A stretch of 64,000 bases of DNA, from positions 3,842 through 67,841 of IMG/VR virus record IMGVR_UViG_3300024046_000005. One strand, written 5' to 3'. The notes under the pieces were generated by a model. The model did no database searches and was not told where the DNA came from. It saw nothing but the letters and a program-made list of their open reading frames with translations. This document shows, in pieces, positions 9,904 through 18,634 of this stretch. Position numbers and translations under genes: made by a program. Positions within the stretch are counted from its first letter, which is position 1. Every line of letters begins with the position of its first letter. Source of the DNA: a virus (lineage: Duplodnaviria > Caudoviricetes).

Positions 9904-10194
9904 TTACTGCGGTATCAGTGCAGTTCCACAGTGCTTGCATTTGCGCGCATCCTTGCGAACGAGCTCCCGGCAGTCCGGGCAGTGGACATGTGTCTCTGGG
10001 GTGATGGGATTCCCAAGCTCATCGCGTGGCATCGCAGCCGCACCATGCTTGGGCAACAGAGCAAGGAAGATGCCGCCCAGTAGCGGAGAGATCAAGCAGG
10101 CCAAGATGAACCATCCGAAGCCGGATCGCCCCCTCTTGACGGCAGCAAAACCAACAGCGACAGCCAAACCAACCCAGATCAAGAAATATTCCAT
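9904..10194 (-). CDS. Membrane protein with C-terminal zinc ribbon (moron)
   Basis: Two TM segments, then CPDC...CKHC. Confidence 0.75.
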   Translation of the reverse strand: MEYFLIWVGLAVAVGFAAVKRGRSGFGWFILACLISPLLGGIFLALLPKHGAAAMPRDELGNPITPETHVHCPDCRELVRKDARKCKHCGTALIPQ

Positions 10195-10223
10195 GCCTAC
10201 TCCATCAACGAGGAAACATGGTA

Positions 10224-10736
10224 CTAGATGGTGCAACCCTCATGAAGTCGGCGCTTGGCCGCCAAGTACGCTTCATGTGCTTCATGGGGCGTTTTAAAGT
10301 TGCCGATCTGACGCCACTTGCCAGCGACGTTGATGCAGGCACGCCAGGGCTTGTTCTTCTTGTCATTGCGGTACACGCCAAGCAATCCGCTATCTGTGTT
10401 GCCCCTGGCAGAGCGCAAATTCTGCTGGTTCAGACTAGCATTGGCTTCTCGCAAATTGCTCATACGGTTGTCCGCCCTGTTGCCGTTGATGTGGTCGATC
10501 CATTCGGCGGGCCAATGTCCGGTCACATGGAGCCACGCAAGCCTGTGCGCCTTGTAAGTTCGCCGATCAATGGAAATGAAGGTGTACCCAGTCGGCTCAT
10601 GAAGGCTGCCAGCAACCTTTCCGACCTTCGTTCTATTTGAAGTCCGAACTTTCCACACAAACAGCCCCGTCTCAGGGTCGTAGTGAAGCAGTTCCCTCAG
10701 TCTCTCGGCTGTCAGGTCATTCTTTGGTTTTGTCAT
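10224..10736 (-). CDS. Free-standing HNH homing endonuclease with AP2-like C-terminus
   Basis: HRLAW...IDHINGNRADNRMSNLRE; C-terminal WRACI...IGNF...AHEAY. Confidence 0.88.
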   Translation of the reverse strand: MTKPKNDLTAERLRELLHYDPETGLFVWKVRTSNRTKVGKVAGSLHEPTGYTFISIDRRTYKAHRLAWLHVTGHWPAEWIDHINGNRADNRMSNLREANASLNQQNLRSARGNTDSGLLGVYRNDKKNKPWRACINVAGKWRQIGNFKTPHEAHEAYLAAKRRLHEGCTI

Positions 10737-10799
10737 CGACTTTCCCCCAGGAAAGCTGCGCCCTGCCGGAGTTCCAGCATGGAAGCAGAATGTGAGTGG

Positions 10800-10856
10800 A
10801 ATCAGCTACCAGCGCTTATCTAGCAAGCGCTGGCAGCTATTGAAGTAGTAGCGTCA
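10800..10856 (-). repeat. 57-bp palindromic element, copy A (starts at the rha stop codon)
   Basis: Core CCAGCGCTT-N7-AAGCGCTGG; similar to 12905-12961 and 52970-53026. Confidence 0.75.
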
Positions 10857-11630
10857 GGCGGGCAATGCCTTGGTGCGCCCGCGCTTCAGATAGTCGTCCA
10901 GCGCGCCCAGGTGGGATGCCACGCGCTTGTTCAGCGCATCCAGCATCTCCGGGATGCGCGCCATCGGGATGTGCTGCACCAAGCTGAAATAGTCGTCCTT
11001 GCTGAAACTGACCACAGCCGCATCGCCGGGGATGAGGCGGCTGTGCATGCACCCGCTGTCGGGGCTGAAGCTGACAAGCATGCGTTGCCGCATGACGGCA
11101 TCGGCGATCAAGCCTTGAAGGGCTTCGACTGGTATCGCATCCATGCTCGGGCCGGGCTTGCCTTCCTTCACGGATGTGCGGTAGGCGCTGAAGTAGTCCA
11201 GCGCCACCCGGCGGGCTGCGGCCATCGCCGGGGCGTCGGTCACGTCGATGGCCGGGTTTGCCGGGCGCGTCGTGCGGGCCAGCAGCTCGGCTTCCATCTT
11301 GTTGAAGGCAGCCAAGTAGGCCACTTTCCATTGCATCGCCTCCTTGCCGGTGAATCCCATCGCCAGCAGCGTGAAGCCATCGCGGGTGATGCGGTAGGCG
11401 GTGGCTTGTTGCACGCCGCCCTTGCCGTTGGTGAACTCGGTTTTTACCTCCGCAAAATTGCGGCGGTAATCCTCGGGCAGCTCGGCCAGCAGGTTGCGAA
11501 TGGCGCGCAGCACGGTGTCGTGACGCTTGCCGAAGTGCGCGGCGATCTGGTTGCTGGTAGTGGTGACGTGGCCCTCGATGACTTCGAGGTCAGGGGTTGC
11601 GACGGCAACGGCGGTAGCGGTGTCAGCCAT
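10854..11630 (-). CDS. rha: Rha family phage regulatory protein
   Basis: TTSNQIAAHFGKRHDTVLRAIRNL...YRITRDGFTLLAMGFTGKEAMQWKVAYLAAFNKME; RBS AAGGAG before MADT. Confidence 0.9.
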   Translation of the reverse strand: MADTATAVAVATPDLEVIEGHVTTTSNQIAAHFGKRHDTVLRAIRNLLAELPEDYRRNFAEVKTEFTNGKGGVQQATAYRITRDGFTLLAMGFTGKEAMQWKVAYLAAFNKMEAELLARTTRPANPAIDVTDAPAMAAARRVALDYFSAYRTSVKEGKPGPSMDAIPVEALQGLIADAVMRQRMLVSFSPDSGCMHSRLIPGDAAVVSFSKDDYFSLVQHIPMARIPEMLDALNKRVASHLGALDDYLKRGRTKALPA

Positions 11631-11686
11631 GATGGACTCCTTGACGACTGGCTTGATACCTGCCACCCACTCGACCAAGAGAAGGT

Positions 11687-11758
11687 GGCAGACCGTGCAG
11701 GTTGGTCGACCGGGTCAAGGAACCGGCACCCCCTTTCGGGAGTCCCGCACGGCCCGCC
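11687..11758 (-). ncRNA. c4-type antisense RNA (P1/P7 c4, P4 CI-like cloverleaf)
   Basis: Stems GGCGGGCCGTGCGGG/CCTGCACGGTCTGCC, ACTCCC-GAAA-GGGGGT and GCCGG/CCGGT; loops CCTTGAC and CGACCAA are complementary to sites upstream (11837-11857) and downstream (11639-11678). Confidence 0.8.
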
Positions 11759-11891
11759 AAAACTTGGAGCCGCGCCCGCGCAGCGCGGGAGAAAAAGAAA
11801 AAGCCGCTGACACCAAGAGGCGCGCGGCTTGCTGCGCCTTGACTACCGGGCGACCAAGCCCGCATCCCCGGAGGGATGGCGCAAGTATAGC

Positions 11892-12245
11892 TCAATAGAA
11901 AGACCATATGTCAAACCTTTGAATCGCGCCATGCAGCCCCGTGTCATGCTCGTATATCGAAACCGGCTCGCCAGCAGGCCGCGCAGTGAACTCGCTGCTA
12001 CCACGCATAGCCCCTTCAACCGACCGGATCAGCGTCACAACTTCCATCCGCGTCTGCGCCCACGCAGAAATCTGCATCAACGTCCGCCGAGTCCCTGGAG
12101 CGCTGTTGTCCATTGGATTAATAGACTCACCCCCAATGCTCTGCCAAACCAAATAGGGTGTTCCAATCCCGTATTCCGCAACATCTGGGCGAACATTCGA
12201 GCATATTCCTTTAAGGAGATTAATTAATGCGGACTCCATGCTCAT
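11892..12245 (-). CDS. Second, divergent tail-terminator-like (DUF3168) gene
   Basis: PYLVWQSIGGESI...MQISAWAQT parallels PYVTWQHVGGQAV...IQVNTWADT of 18635-19015. Confidence 0.75.
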   Translation of the reverse strand: MSMESALINLLKGICSNVRPDVAEYGIGTPYLVWQSIGGESINPMDNSAPGTRRTLMQISAWAQTRMEVVTLIRSVEGAMRGSSEFTARPAGEPVSIYEHDTGLHGAIQRFDIWSFY

Positions 12246-12673
12246 CTTTCCACCTCTTTCACAAACCTGCGCTTGATCGCTTCGCGCACTTGCGCCCGTG
12301 TTTCTGCCACCGCGCTCCCAATGAAAGACCGGGCGGGCGCACGGCTATTGCCCATTTCAACCATGAACCCGTAGGGCGCATCTTCTTTGTTGAAACTTAT
12401 GTGATATGTGCTCACATCTTTGTAGCTCCTAGTCTTGCTGAACACTTGATATATGCTGTCTCGAAGGTTGCCTGGGGCATATGGCCCATACTTTCTTCCA
12501 TCAATATAGAAGTAGTGCTCCTTTTCAGAAATGGGAGCATTTATTTTTGCGCGGTCGTAGATTATTTGCGCCCCAGCTTGCGCAGCGGGCCGCGTGGCCG
12601 CATGCAACTTGTCAGCCTCAGCCCTTAACTGCGCCTGGAAGCGTGCCACGTTCATCCGAACATTCATCCCCAT
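12242..12673 (-). CDS. Second, divergent HK97 gp10-like gene
   Basis: GAQIIYDRAK...GNLRDSIY...APYGFMVEMG...PARSFI; parallels 19018-19566. Confidence 0.78.
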   Translation of the reverse strand: MGMNVRMNVARFQAQLRAEADKLHAATRPAAQAGAQIIYDRAKINAPISEKEHYFYIDGRKYGPYAPGNLRDSIYQVFSKTRSYKDVSTYHISFNKEDAPYGFMVEMGNSRAPARSFIGSAVAETRAQVREAIKRRFVKEVER

Positions 12674-12819
12674 AGCACCACCCCGCCCGCCTTGTCTGCG
12701 CCCGCTGCAACCTTGTCGCCCATAGCCTGGGCATCGGCGGCTACCTGCTTGAAGACAGGCGAAGCATCGTTCTGCGCACCGACGACAATTTCGGCGTGCG
12801 GATTGGTTCTTTCTGCCAT
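12664..12819 (-). pseudogene. Probable 5' fragment of another tape measure gene (51 aa)
   Basis: MAERTNPHAEIVVGAQNDASPVFKQVAADAQAMGDKVAAGADKAG resembles TMP N-termini; preceded by double hairpins like the true TMP. Confidence 0.5.
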
Positions 12820-12904
12820 GTGGTTTGCCCAATAAAAAAGCCCCGCGACGTTGGCCGCGAGGCTTGGGGGAATGAAAAAACCGCCCGGAGGCGGTTTGCA
12901 GTTA

Positions 12905-12961
12905 AATCAGGCTGCAGCGCTTATCTGGAAAGCGCATGCAGCTATCAGGTAAGTAGCATCA
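12905..12961 (-). repeat. 57-bp palindromic element, copy B (starts at the ant stop codon)
   Basis: 49/57 identical to the reverse complement of 52970-53026. Confidence 0.8.
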
Positions 12962-14002
12962 AACTGGCATCAGCACTCCGGGAGCGGTCTGCCTAGCGAT
13001 TATTGCGTTGGCCTGACTGGCGCTCCGGCGAGCATGCTTGGCGAACTTCCCAAATGCAGTCTCTGCCATACGGATCAACTGCTCATCGCTCAGTTGGTGC
13101 CCGTCGCCGCGCTCCAGGTTGGCGAAATATTCATCCGGGGTAAGGCAGATTGCATCCATCGCCAGCGGTTTGCAGTAGGCGTCTACCGCTTTGTCCCCCC
13201 AGCTTTTCTTGTGGAAGTACAGCATCCACTGGTCGGTCAGTGCGTCAGGCTTCTTGCCTTCCATCACACACTTGAATACTGCGCGTTGCACCTGGGCCGC
13301 GGCCTGTGAGGCTATGTGGAATGCATGGTCGAGGCGTGCCACGTCGTCAAGGCTCGGTTTCGGCGCTTCGTCCACCAGTTCCCAATCGACCGTGTGCCGG
13401 TTGACGATGGAAATGGCCTCGGTTAGTTCGTGACGCGGAATCTCGCGGTAGCTCACATGGAAGTGGGTCTTGAGCTTCGACCATGCTTGCATGATGAACT
13501 TGCCTTGCACCTTGGTGTCGCTGGTCAGCTTCTTTGCCATGCCCTCCACCATCTGGCGCAGGGTGTCCGCCTCCTCCTTGGTCAGCACGTCGCCGGGGTT
13601 CACCGAGTAGGCGGCACGCGGGTTGATGGCGATGCCGTCGTTCCAGTATTGCCAGAGCACGTCGTCGCACTCATTCTGGTACTCGACCACCTTGGCCCGC
13701 GCTTCCGCGTTCTTGACCTTGCCAGCCTCGATGCCGGAAAGCCAGCCCGGCAACTTCCGCAGCGGCATGCAAAGCATGTCTTGCAGACCGCCAGACGAAG
13801 GTATTCTCAACTCAAGAACACCCCAGCGACGGGCATTGGTCTTGATCTTGGCGTGCTGCCCGTGCCACGTCAGCCCCATGCCGGTGATGATTGGCTTCAT
13901 TGGGGTGTACGGCTGGCTCTCATGCTCAACCACATAGAGGTCAGCGCCGTGGAACGGGACGGTGATTGCGCGGGTAGGTGCTACTTGGGTAGAATTGCTC
14001 AC
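12959..14002 (-). CDS. ant: Antirepressor, P22 Ant N-terminal domain
   Basis: VPFHGADLYVVEHESQPYTPMKPIITGMGLTWHGQHAKIK...LCMPLRKLPGWL...YQNECDDVLWQYW; probable GTG start at 14002. Confidence 0.85.
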   Translation of the reverse strand: MSNSTQVAPTRAITVPFHGADLYVVEHESQPYTPMKPIITGMGLTWHGQHAKIKTNARRWGVLELRIPSSGGLQDMLCMPLRKLPGWLSGIEAGKVKNAEARAKVVEYQNECDDVLWQYWNDGIAINPRAAYSVNPGDVLTKEEADTLRQMVEGMAKKLTSDTKVQGKFIMQAWSKLKTHFHVSYREIPRHELTEAISIVNRHTVDWELVDEAPKPSLDDVARLDHAFHIASQAAAQVQRAVFKCVMEGKKPDALTDQWMLYFHKKSWGDKAVDAYCKPLAMDAICLTPDEYFANLERGDGHQLSDEQLIRMAETAFGKFAKHARRSASQANAIIARQTAPGVLMPV

Positions 14003-14078
14003 GTTGAATCCTTGATTGCGTTCTTGGGTTTTCACACTCGACGCCCCGGTTGCTGCAACTTCCGGGGCGTTTCCTTTT

Positions 14079-14264
14079 TCAGGCTGCGCGGACATTCTTC
14101 TGGCCCTCCTCATTTCTGGTCATTTCGAGCCTCATCACGATCTCCTTGGAGAGCGACCGGAAGCCCGTCTTGGCTTTCTCTCGTAGGTAGCTTTCCAACT
14201 CGTCCGACAGCTTCACACTCACGGGGGAGCGCCGCTTCGGCTGGCCTTCTTCAGGGGCGGGCAT
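14079..14264 (-). CDS. arc: Arc-like ribbon-helix-helix repressor
   Basis: VSVKLSDELESYLREKAKTGFRSLSKEIVMRLE; directly upstream of ant. Confidence 0.8.
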   Translation of the reverse strand: MPAPEEGQPKRRSPVSVKLSDELESYLREKAKTGFRSLSKEIVMRLEMTRNEEGQKNVRAA

Positions 14265-14284
14265 AGAATTCCTTTCGTTCAAAC

Positions 14285-14352
14285 CGTACCAAGTCGGTAC
14301 GCGAACTATTTTAGTACCCTTTGTACTGATTTCAAGTACCTTATTTGTACTT
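14285..14352. promoter_or_regulatory. Operator array between divergent arc-like and XRE genes
   Basis: CGTACC-N5-GGTACG (14285-14301), AGTAC-N5-GTACT (14313-14327), AAGTAC-N7-GTACTT (14334-14352). Confidence 0.65.
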
Positions 14353-14838
14353 ATGGATTTTTCTTCAATGACTGTCGGGCAGCGCATCGCCTACGCTCGT
14401 CAAGCGCGAGGGTGGTCACAGACAGAATTGGGGCGCGCGTGCGAGATGGCCCCCACTCAGGTCAGCCGATATGAAGCTGATCGGGCGGTGCCGCGCCGGG
14501 TCACAACAGCTCGGATCGCTGACGTTCTCGCGGTGCGGTTCCAATGGCTTGTGGCCGGAACAGGAGACATGGAGGAATACGCCACGTCCAAACCGGAGCA
14601 ATGGATGACCTTCTCTATCTCTGGCGAACTGGCAGACCGATTGAAGAACTACGCTATGAAGTCCGGCCTATCGCTGGAAGATGCGCTAGCGGACATCTTG
14701 GACTCTCCCCTGTCGGTGTATGGGCCAGATGATGAAAACCATGGCACCGACCCAGCCCTGTTGAAGGCAACGCCGAGAACACAAATGCGAGTGACCGCGT
14801 TACGTGGCAAGGTGCGGCTGCATCGCCAAGAGCCATGA
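14353..14838 (+). CDS. XRE-family HTH repressor (Mnt-like role)
   Basis: RIAYARQARGWSQTELGRACEMAPTQVSRYE; divergent from arc/ant. Confidence 0.8.
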   Translation: MDFSSMTVGQRIAYARQARGWSQTELGRACEMAPTQVSRYEADRAVPRRVTTARIADVLAVRFQWLVAGTGDMEEYATSKPEQWMTFSISGELADRLKNYAMKSGLSLEDALADILDSPLSVYGPDDENHGTDPALLKATPRTQMRVTALRGKVRLHRQEP

Positions 14839-14934
14839 CGGCCTAGCCATTCCGTTCCAGCAAAGAACGGGCCTTGCGCGGTCAGCGTGTCGCCGTCGCT
14901 GATGCTGACGATGAGTAGGGCAGCGCGTCGGCGA

Positions 14935-15444
14935 TCAAAGATTGTCCGACGAAGCGGCAATCCGCTGATTATAAAAAATAGAAAGTGAGCAACTATTGAT
15001 GGATGGTAAATTCATTCCGAATAATGAAATTGTCGTCTTACCAATAGACCAAGAATAGTCTGTGGACGTGGTGGAACCATCACGCTTCACTGGGGTGCCG
15101 TATTTTGCTATGAGGGCCTCAATGACGGCTTCAGTTGTATGCTGGCATTCGTAACTGTTTTTTGTGGCTTCTAGAGCCAGAGTTACCTGCTCAAGCTTTC
15201 CGCCAAGTAAGTAAAACTCCGCCCTGAATGACTCTCCCACGATTGGGACGCTGGAAATACGATACCGCATCATTGCGCCACTCTTGATCTTCTGGCCTTC
15301 AGTCGGCTCAACTACCCGACCATCAGGATATGAGTTCTTTATGTCGGTCAATGATGCTCCAGCCTCCACATTCCCCCAAAGGGGTTCCGCCATGCTCAAT
15401 GTCGGCACAGCTACAGCCAGAACTGCAAGTAGAACTGATTTCAC
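14935..15444 (-). CDS. Secreted/periplasmic protein (low-GC moron)
   Basis: Signal peptide MKSVLLAVLAVAVPTLSMA; AT-richer DNA. Confidence 0.75.
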   Translation of the reverse strand: MKSVLLAVLAVAVPTLSMAEPLWGNVEAGASLTDIKNSYPDGRVVEPTEGQKIKSGAMMRYRISSVPIVGESFRAEFYLLGGKLEQVTLALEATKNSYECQHTTEAVIEALIAKYGTPVKRDGSTTSTDYSWSIGKTTISLFGMNLPSINSCSLSIFYNQRIAASSDNL

Positions 15445-15459
15445 TCTTCTCTCCTAAAT

Positions 15460-15927
15460 TCAGTAACGCGTGCCGAATTTCTCATCCAGAGCTTTAATAA
15501 AGTCACGCGGCTCATCCATTTCGAAGATCCGGCACAGCGGTTGTTGATCAGGATATGTCCCCCCGCACACCGATTCCCATTTAGCAACGAGTTTGCATTT
15601 TGCAGATGTCGTTTTGTAGTCTTCATTAAAGAATGATCTACCCAACGACAGCCATAAACGATGGAAGTCCTTATCTGACACTGGAGATGCAATTCCAGCA
15701 ACATAGCCGTCATAAAAGAAGCGTTCTTTCCCTACATATGCTCCAAGCCGATTCTTCGCATTGACAAGGCCGCAAACGCTTCCCGGCGCAGCTCCCTGGT
15801 GCATATCAGAAAATTTCGCACCATCCGGGTTATATAGAATTTCCTTGACAGCTTTCTGTGCCTCCCAGTTTCCTTGACAACCGCACAGCACTAGCAACAC
15901 AGCCAACCCGGCAGCAATCTTCTTCAT
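15460..15927 (-). CDS. Lipoprotein (low-GC moron)
   Basis: Lipobox LCG-C; VCGLVNAKNRLGAYVG motif. Confidence 0.8.
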   Translation of the reverse strand: MKKIAAGLAVLLVLCGCQGNWEAQKAVKEILYNPDGAKFSDMHQGAAPGSVCGLVNAKNRLGAYVGKERFFYDGYVAGIASPVSDKDFHRLWLSLGRSFFNEDYKTTSAKCKLVAKWESVCGGTYPDQQPLCRIFEMDEPRDFIKALDEKFGTRY

Positions 15928-16020
15928 GCGTTCTCCTATTCAAGAGGAACAGGATAGCCGATTGCGTTTTACTTCCCGCCCATCGCATGCAGAGCATGGA
16001 CGTGCAGCTGGAGGCGCTGG

Positions 16021-16506
16021 CTATGTCTTGTCCGCCTGCTTTCGCTGACCGATCCCGCGTATCGCCTGGATCATCCCAACCACTGGTAGGCCAAGGAACA
16101 GAGCCGCCACAGCCAAATTCCCTTTCCATATTCCGGCGTAGGCAGCAAGGCCCAACGATGCCGCCGCGATCAAAAAGCCCAGCAGTTGCCCGAGGTAGTC
16201 GCTGGCGAACGAGCCTTGATGGAGCTTGCGCTGAATCTCGGTCATTTCGTCGCGGTGCTTCGCATCGGACTCAAACTGTCGCCTTTCCAGCGCCAGACGG
16301 CTTTCTTGCTGTACCTCGGCCATCCGCAAAATGCGCTCTGCCGCACCAGGTAGAACGGCGTCATACCCGCCCAGCACTTCCGGCGAAGGAATAGGCCCCG
16401 AATGAGCCTTGACCTGCGTATGCGTGTGCGTGACGCTGGAAGTTGCCCCGCCCACCACAGGGGCCGCCGCTCGCACCGTTGGCTTGAGCTTCGCTGCTTT
16501 AGCCAA
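16021..16506 (-). CDS. DUF2335-like membrane protein
   Basis: HSGPIPSPEVLGGYDAVLPGAAERILRMAE plus two C-terminal TMs. Confidence 0.75.
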   Translation of the reverse strand: MAKAAKLKPTVRAAAPVVGGATSSVTHTHTQVKAHSGPIPSPEVLGGYDAVLPGAAERILRMAEVQQESRLALERRQFESDAKHRDEMTEIQRKLHQGSFASDYLGQLLGFLIAAASLGLAAYAGIWKGNLAVAALFLGLPVVGMIQAIRGIGQRKQADKT

Positions 16507-16723
16507 CCCTGGCCGCCTCGGCTATTCCTCGACCAACAGCCTTCCAGTCGTCGGCAACGCTGCCCCGTTTACGCTGCGGAAGGGGCTTGAATGCAAGGTC
16601 GGCGGGCTTGCCGCACTCGATTTCGAACGTGCCAAAGAGCATCACTGGCGCTCCTAGGCCCTTCAACAACCCGCGCTTGAATGCTTGTGCGCGGGTACTG
16701 TTTGCCTTGACAACTACAGACAT
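16499..16723 (-). CDS. Small hypothetical protein upstream of DUF2335
   Basis: 74-aa ORF overlapping the DUF2335 start; AFKRGLL...DDWKAVG. Confidence 0.6.
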   Translation of the reverse strand: MSVVVKANSTRAQAFKRGLLKGLGAPVMLFGTFEIECGKPADLAFKPLPQRKRGSVADDWKAVGRGIAEAARVG

Positions 16724-16860
16724 ACGCACTCCTATTGATCCTGGCGATATTAGCAGAACACCATAAAGGCGGTCGCCACCTTGCAATAGGATGGAAGGCT
16801 AGGAGAAGGAGACGCCATGGCTACAGACCCCACCCGTAGCCAGACCCAGAACGCGCCGCC

Positions 16861-17142
16861 CTACTTCGCCTTCTCGCCCATGGCCTCCAACGCTCCACGC
16901 TCCAAGGTGCGAACGTCGGCAAAGAGTTCGTCACGCTTGTCTCGCGCCAGCCCCAAGGTGCGGATGCAGGCCAGCACGGCGGTGTAGTCCAGGCCCGTTG
17001 CCCCGGCCATACCCGTGCGCCATTGGGTTGCGCAGTATTCCAAGAAGAAATTAATAGCGGGCCAGTTCTCGGGCCAGACTTCGATTTCTTCTGTATAGGC
17101 GGGCATTTGGGCAAGTTTCGCCAGCTTGCCCGCCATCTTCAC
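16861..17142 (-). CDS. DUF1799-like C-terminal part of the frameshifted tail assembly chaperone (gpT equivalent)
   Basis: VWPENWPAINFF...TQWRTGMAGATGLDYTAV; the -1 frame is open from the slippery site at 17208-17214. Confidence 0.8.
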   Translation of the reverse strand: MKMAGKLAKLAQMPAYTEEIEVWPENWPAINFFLEYCATQWRTGMAGATGLDYTAVLACIRTLGLARDKRDELFADVRTLERGALEAMGEKAK

Positions 17143-17204
17143 GTTGCCAAATCCCCCATGATCGCCATTGGGGGTTTTCTTGTACAGGGCTTTGGCAACG
17201 TCCG

Positions 17205-17660
17205 TTAGTTTTTTGCGCGGTTGCCCGAAATAGCGTCGTGGTACTTCTGGTGCGCCACTTGCTGGATGCCGGGGTATTTCGAGATCAGGTCTTTGATGGC
17301 GTCGTCGGTAAATTCATCGTCCAATTCCCACCCGCAGGCAACCTCGCGCACCAGGCCAACTGCCGTTTGCAGCGCCTTTTCCATGTTGTTCTGCACTTCG
17401 GCTTCGTTAAACGCGACGGGCTTGGCCTTGCGTTTGGCCTTGCCTGCTGCAGCTTCGGCATCGGCCTGGGCCTTCTCAGCGTTCTCGATGCTGGCGTTGG
17501 CTTCGTCCGTCACCCGCTTGATGTAGATGGGGTGCCAGTCGCGCAGTGTGCGGCCGATGGCGGTGAAGGTGATTTCCACGTCGTTGCCAGCGAGGTCTTG
17601 GGTTTCGATGGTCAGAGGAAAGTTGGCGGGTGCGCCAGCCAGGGTCTTGAGCTTTGCCAT
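17205..17660 (-). CDS. Tail assembly chaperone (gpG equivalent)
   Basis: Follows the major tail gene; ACGWELDDEFTDDAI; ends in slippery GCA AAA AAC TAA. Confidence 0.8.
   Translation of the reverse strand: MAKLKTLAGAPANFPLTIETQDLAGNDVEITFTAIGRTLRDWHPIYIKRVTDEANASIENAEKAQADAEAAAGKAKRKAKPVAFNEAEVQNNMEKALQTAVGLVREVACGWELDDEFTDDAIKDLISKYPGIQQVAHQKYHDAISGNRAKN
17208..17214 (-). other. -1 ribosomal frameshift slippery site A AAA AAC
   Basis: X XXY YYZ heptamer; the -1 frame reads KLTDVAKALYKK... in frame with 16861-17142. Confidence 0.8.
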
Positions 17661-17815
17661 AGTGGTCTTTCGCGGGAGAGAGGAAACGCCCGTGCCCGAC
17701 CCCGCCGCTTCCCGCGAAAGAAGCGAACGGGGCCGGATCGGTGCTGGGGCGCCCGGCGAGCGGGCAAGAAAACCCGCCGCGCGGGATGCGGGGCGGGCTG
17801 TAGTGGCGTGGGCGC

Positions 17816-18469
17816 TTAGGCGTCCACGTAGGTGCTGACCATGCCCAGGAACGAGCAGGACACATTCACCTTCATCACGTCCTGGCTGGCCATCTGCGGC
17901 ACGCCGGACTTCTGCAGGAAGCCATACGCGTACAGCTTCGCGCCGCCGGGAATCAGGAACTTGAACGCGACGCGCTGCGACAGGCGGCGGCTGATCTTGT
18001 CCATGGCCTTCTGGTCAACGCGCGACGGGTCGAAGCCCAGCGTGAAGTCGATACCCGAGGCCTCGAAGCCGGCAGGCAGGACGATGGAGTTGCGACGGGC
18101 CAACGGGCTGACGGTGATGTCGCGACGGCCGCCGCCGGTGTTGTTGACTTCCAGCACCTGGCCGATCTCCTGCCAATCGGTGACGAGTTGCAGGGAACCC
18201 GCCGAAGCGGAGCCGCTGGGGAACCACTCGGTGTCCGAGGTATCCAGGTCTTCCAGCTCAACGGTGTCGGTGTCAACGTTGGCCGCGCGCCAGATGGATT
18301 CACTGGCGTCTTCCCAGCCGTTGATCAGCAGCAACTCGCCGCCGTTGCTGAAACCGTGCGCCGTGGAACTGGCGACGGCCGGATCGGCATTGGAGACAGA
18401 CGTGACGGTCTTTTTGGTGCCGAAAGTGGTGGAGTAGAAGAACTTGCTTCCAACTGCGGTCAAGTACAT
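17816..18469 (-). CDS. Major tail (tube) protein
   Basis: Position between terminator and chaperones; WQEIGQVLEVNNTGG tube-type motif. Confidence 0.82.
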   Translation of the reverse strand: MYLTAVGSKFFYSTTFGTKKTVTSVSNADPAVASSTAHGFSNGGELLLINGWEDASESIWRAANVDTDTVELEDLDTSDTEWFPSGSASAGSLQLVTDWQEIGQVLEVNNTGGGRRDITVSPLARRNSIVLPAGFEASGIDFTLGFDPSRVDQKAMDKISRRLSQRVAFKFLIPGGAKLYAYGFLQKSGVPQMASQDVMKVNVSCSFLGMVSTYVDA

Positions 18470-18634
18470 GGCATGGGCCTTTCGAGAAAGCCCGCGTGGC
18501 GGGCGTTGAGATGACGCCCGGAACGGGCACGAAAAAAGCCGCTCGGATCGCTCCGAAGCGGCTTGCTGGGTTGGCCTTTACGGCCAGAAATGAAAAAGCC
18601 CGCTCAGTGGCGGGCTGTGGTTGTCAGTAGCGGG

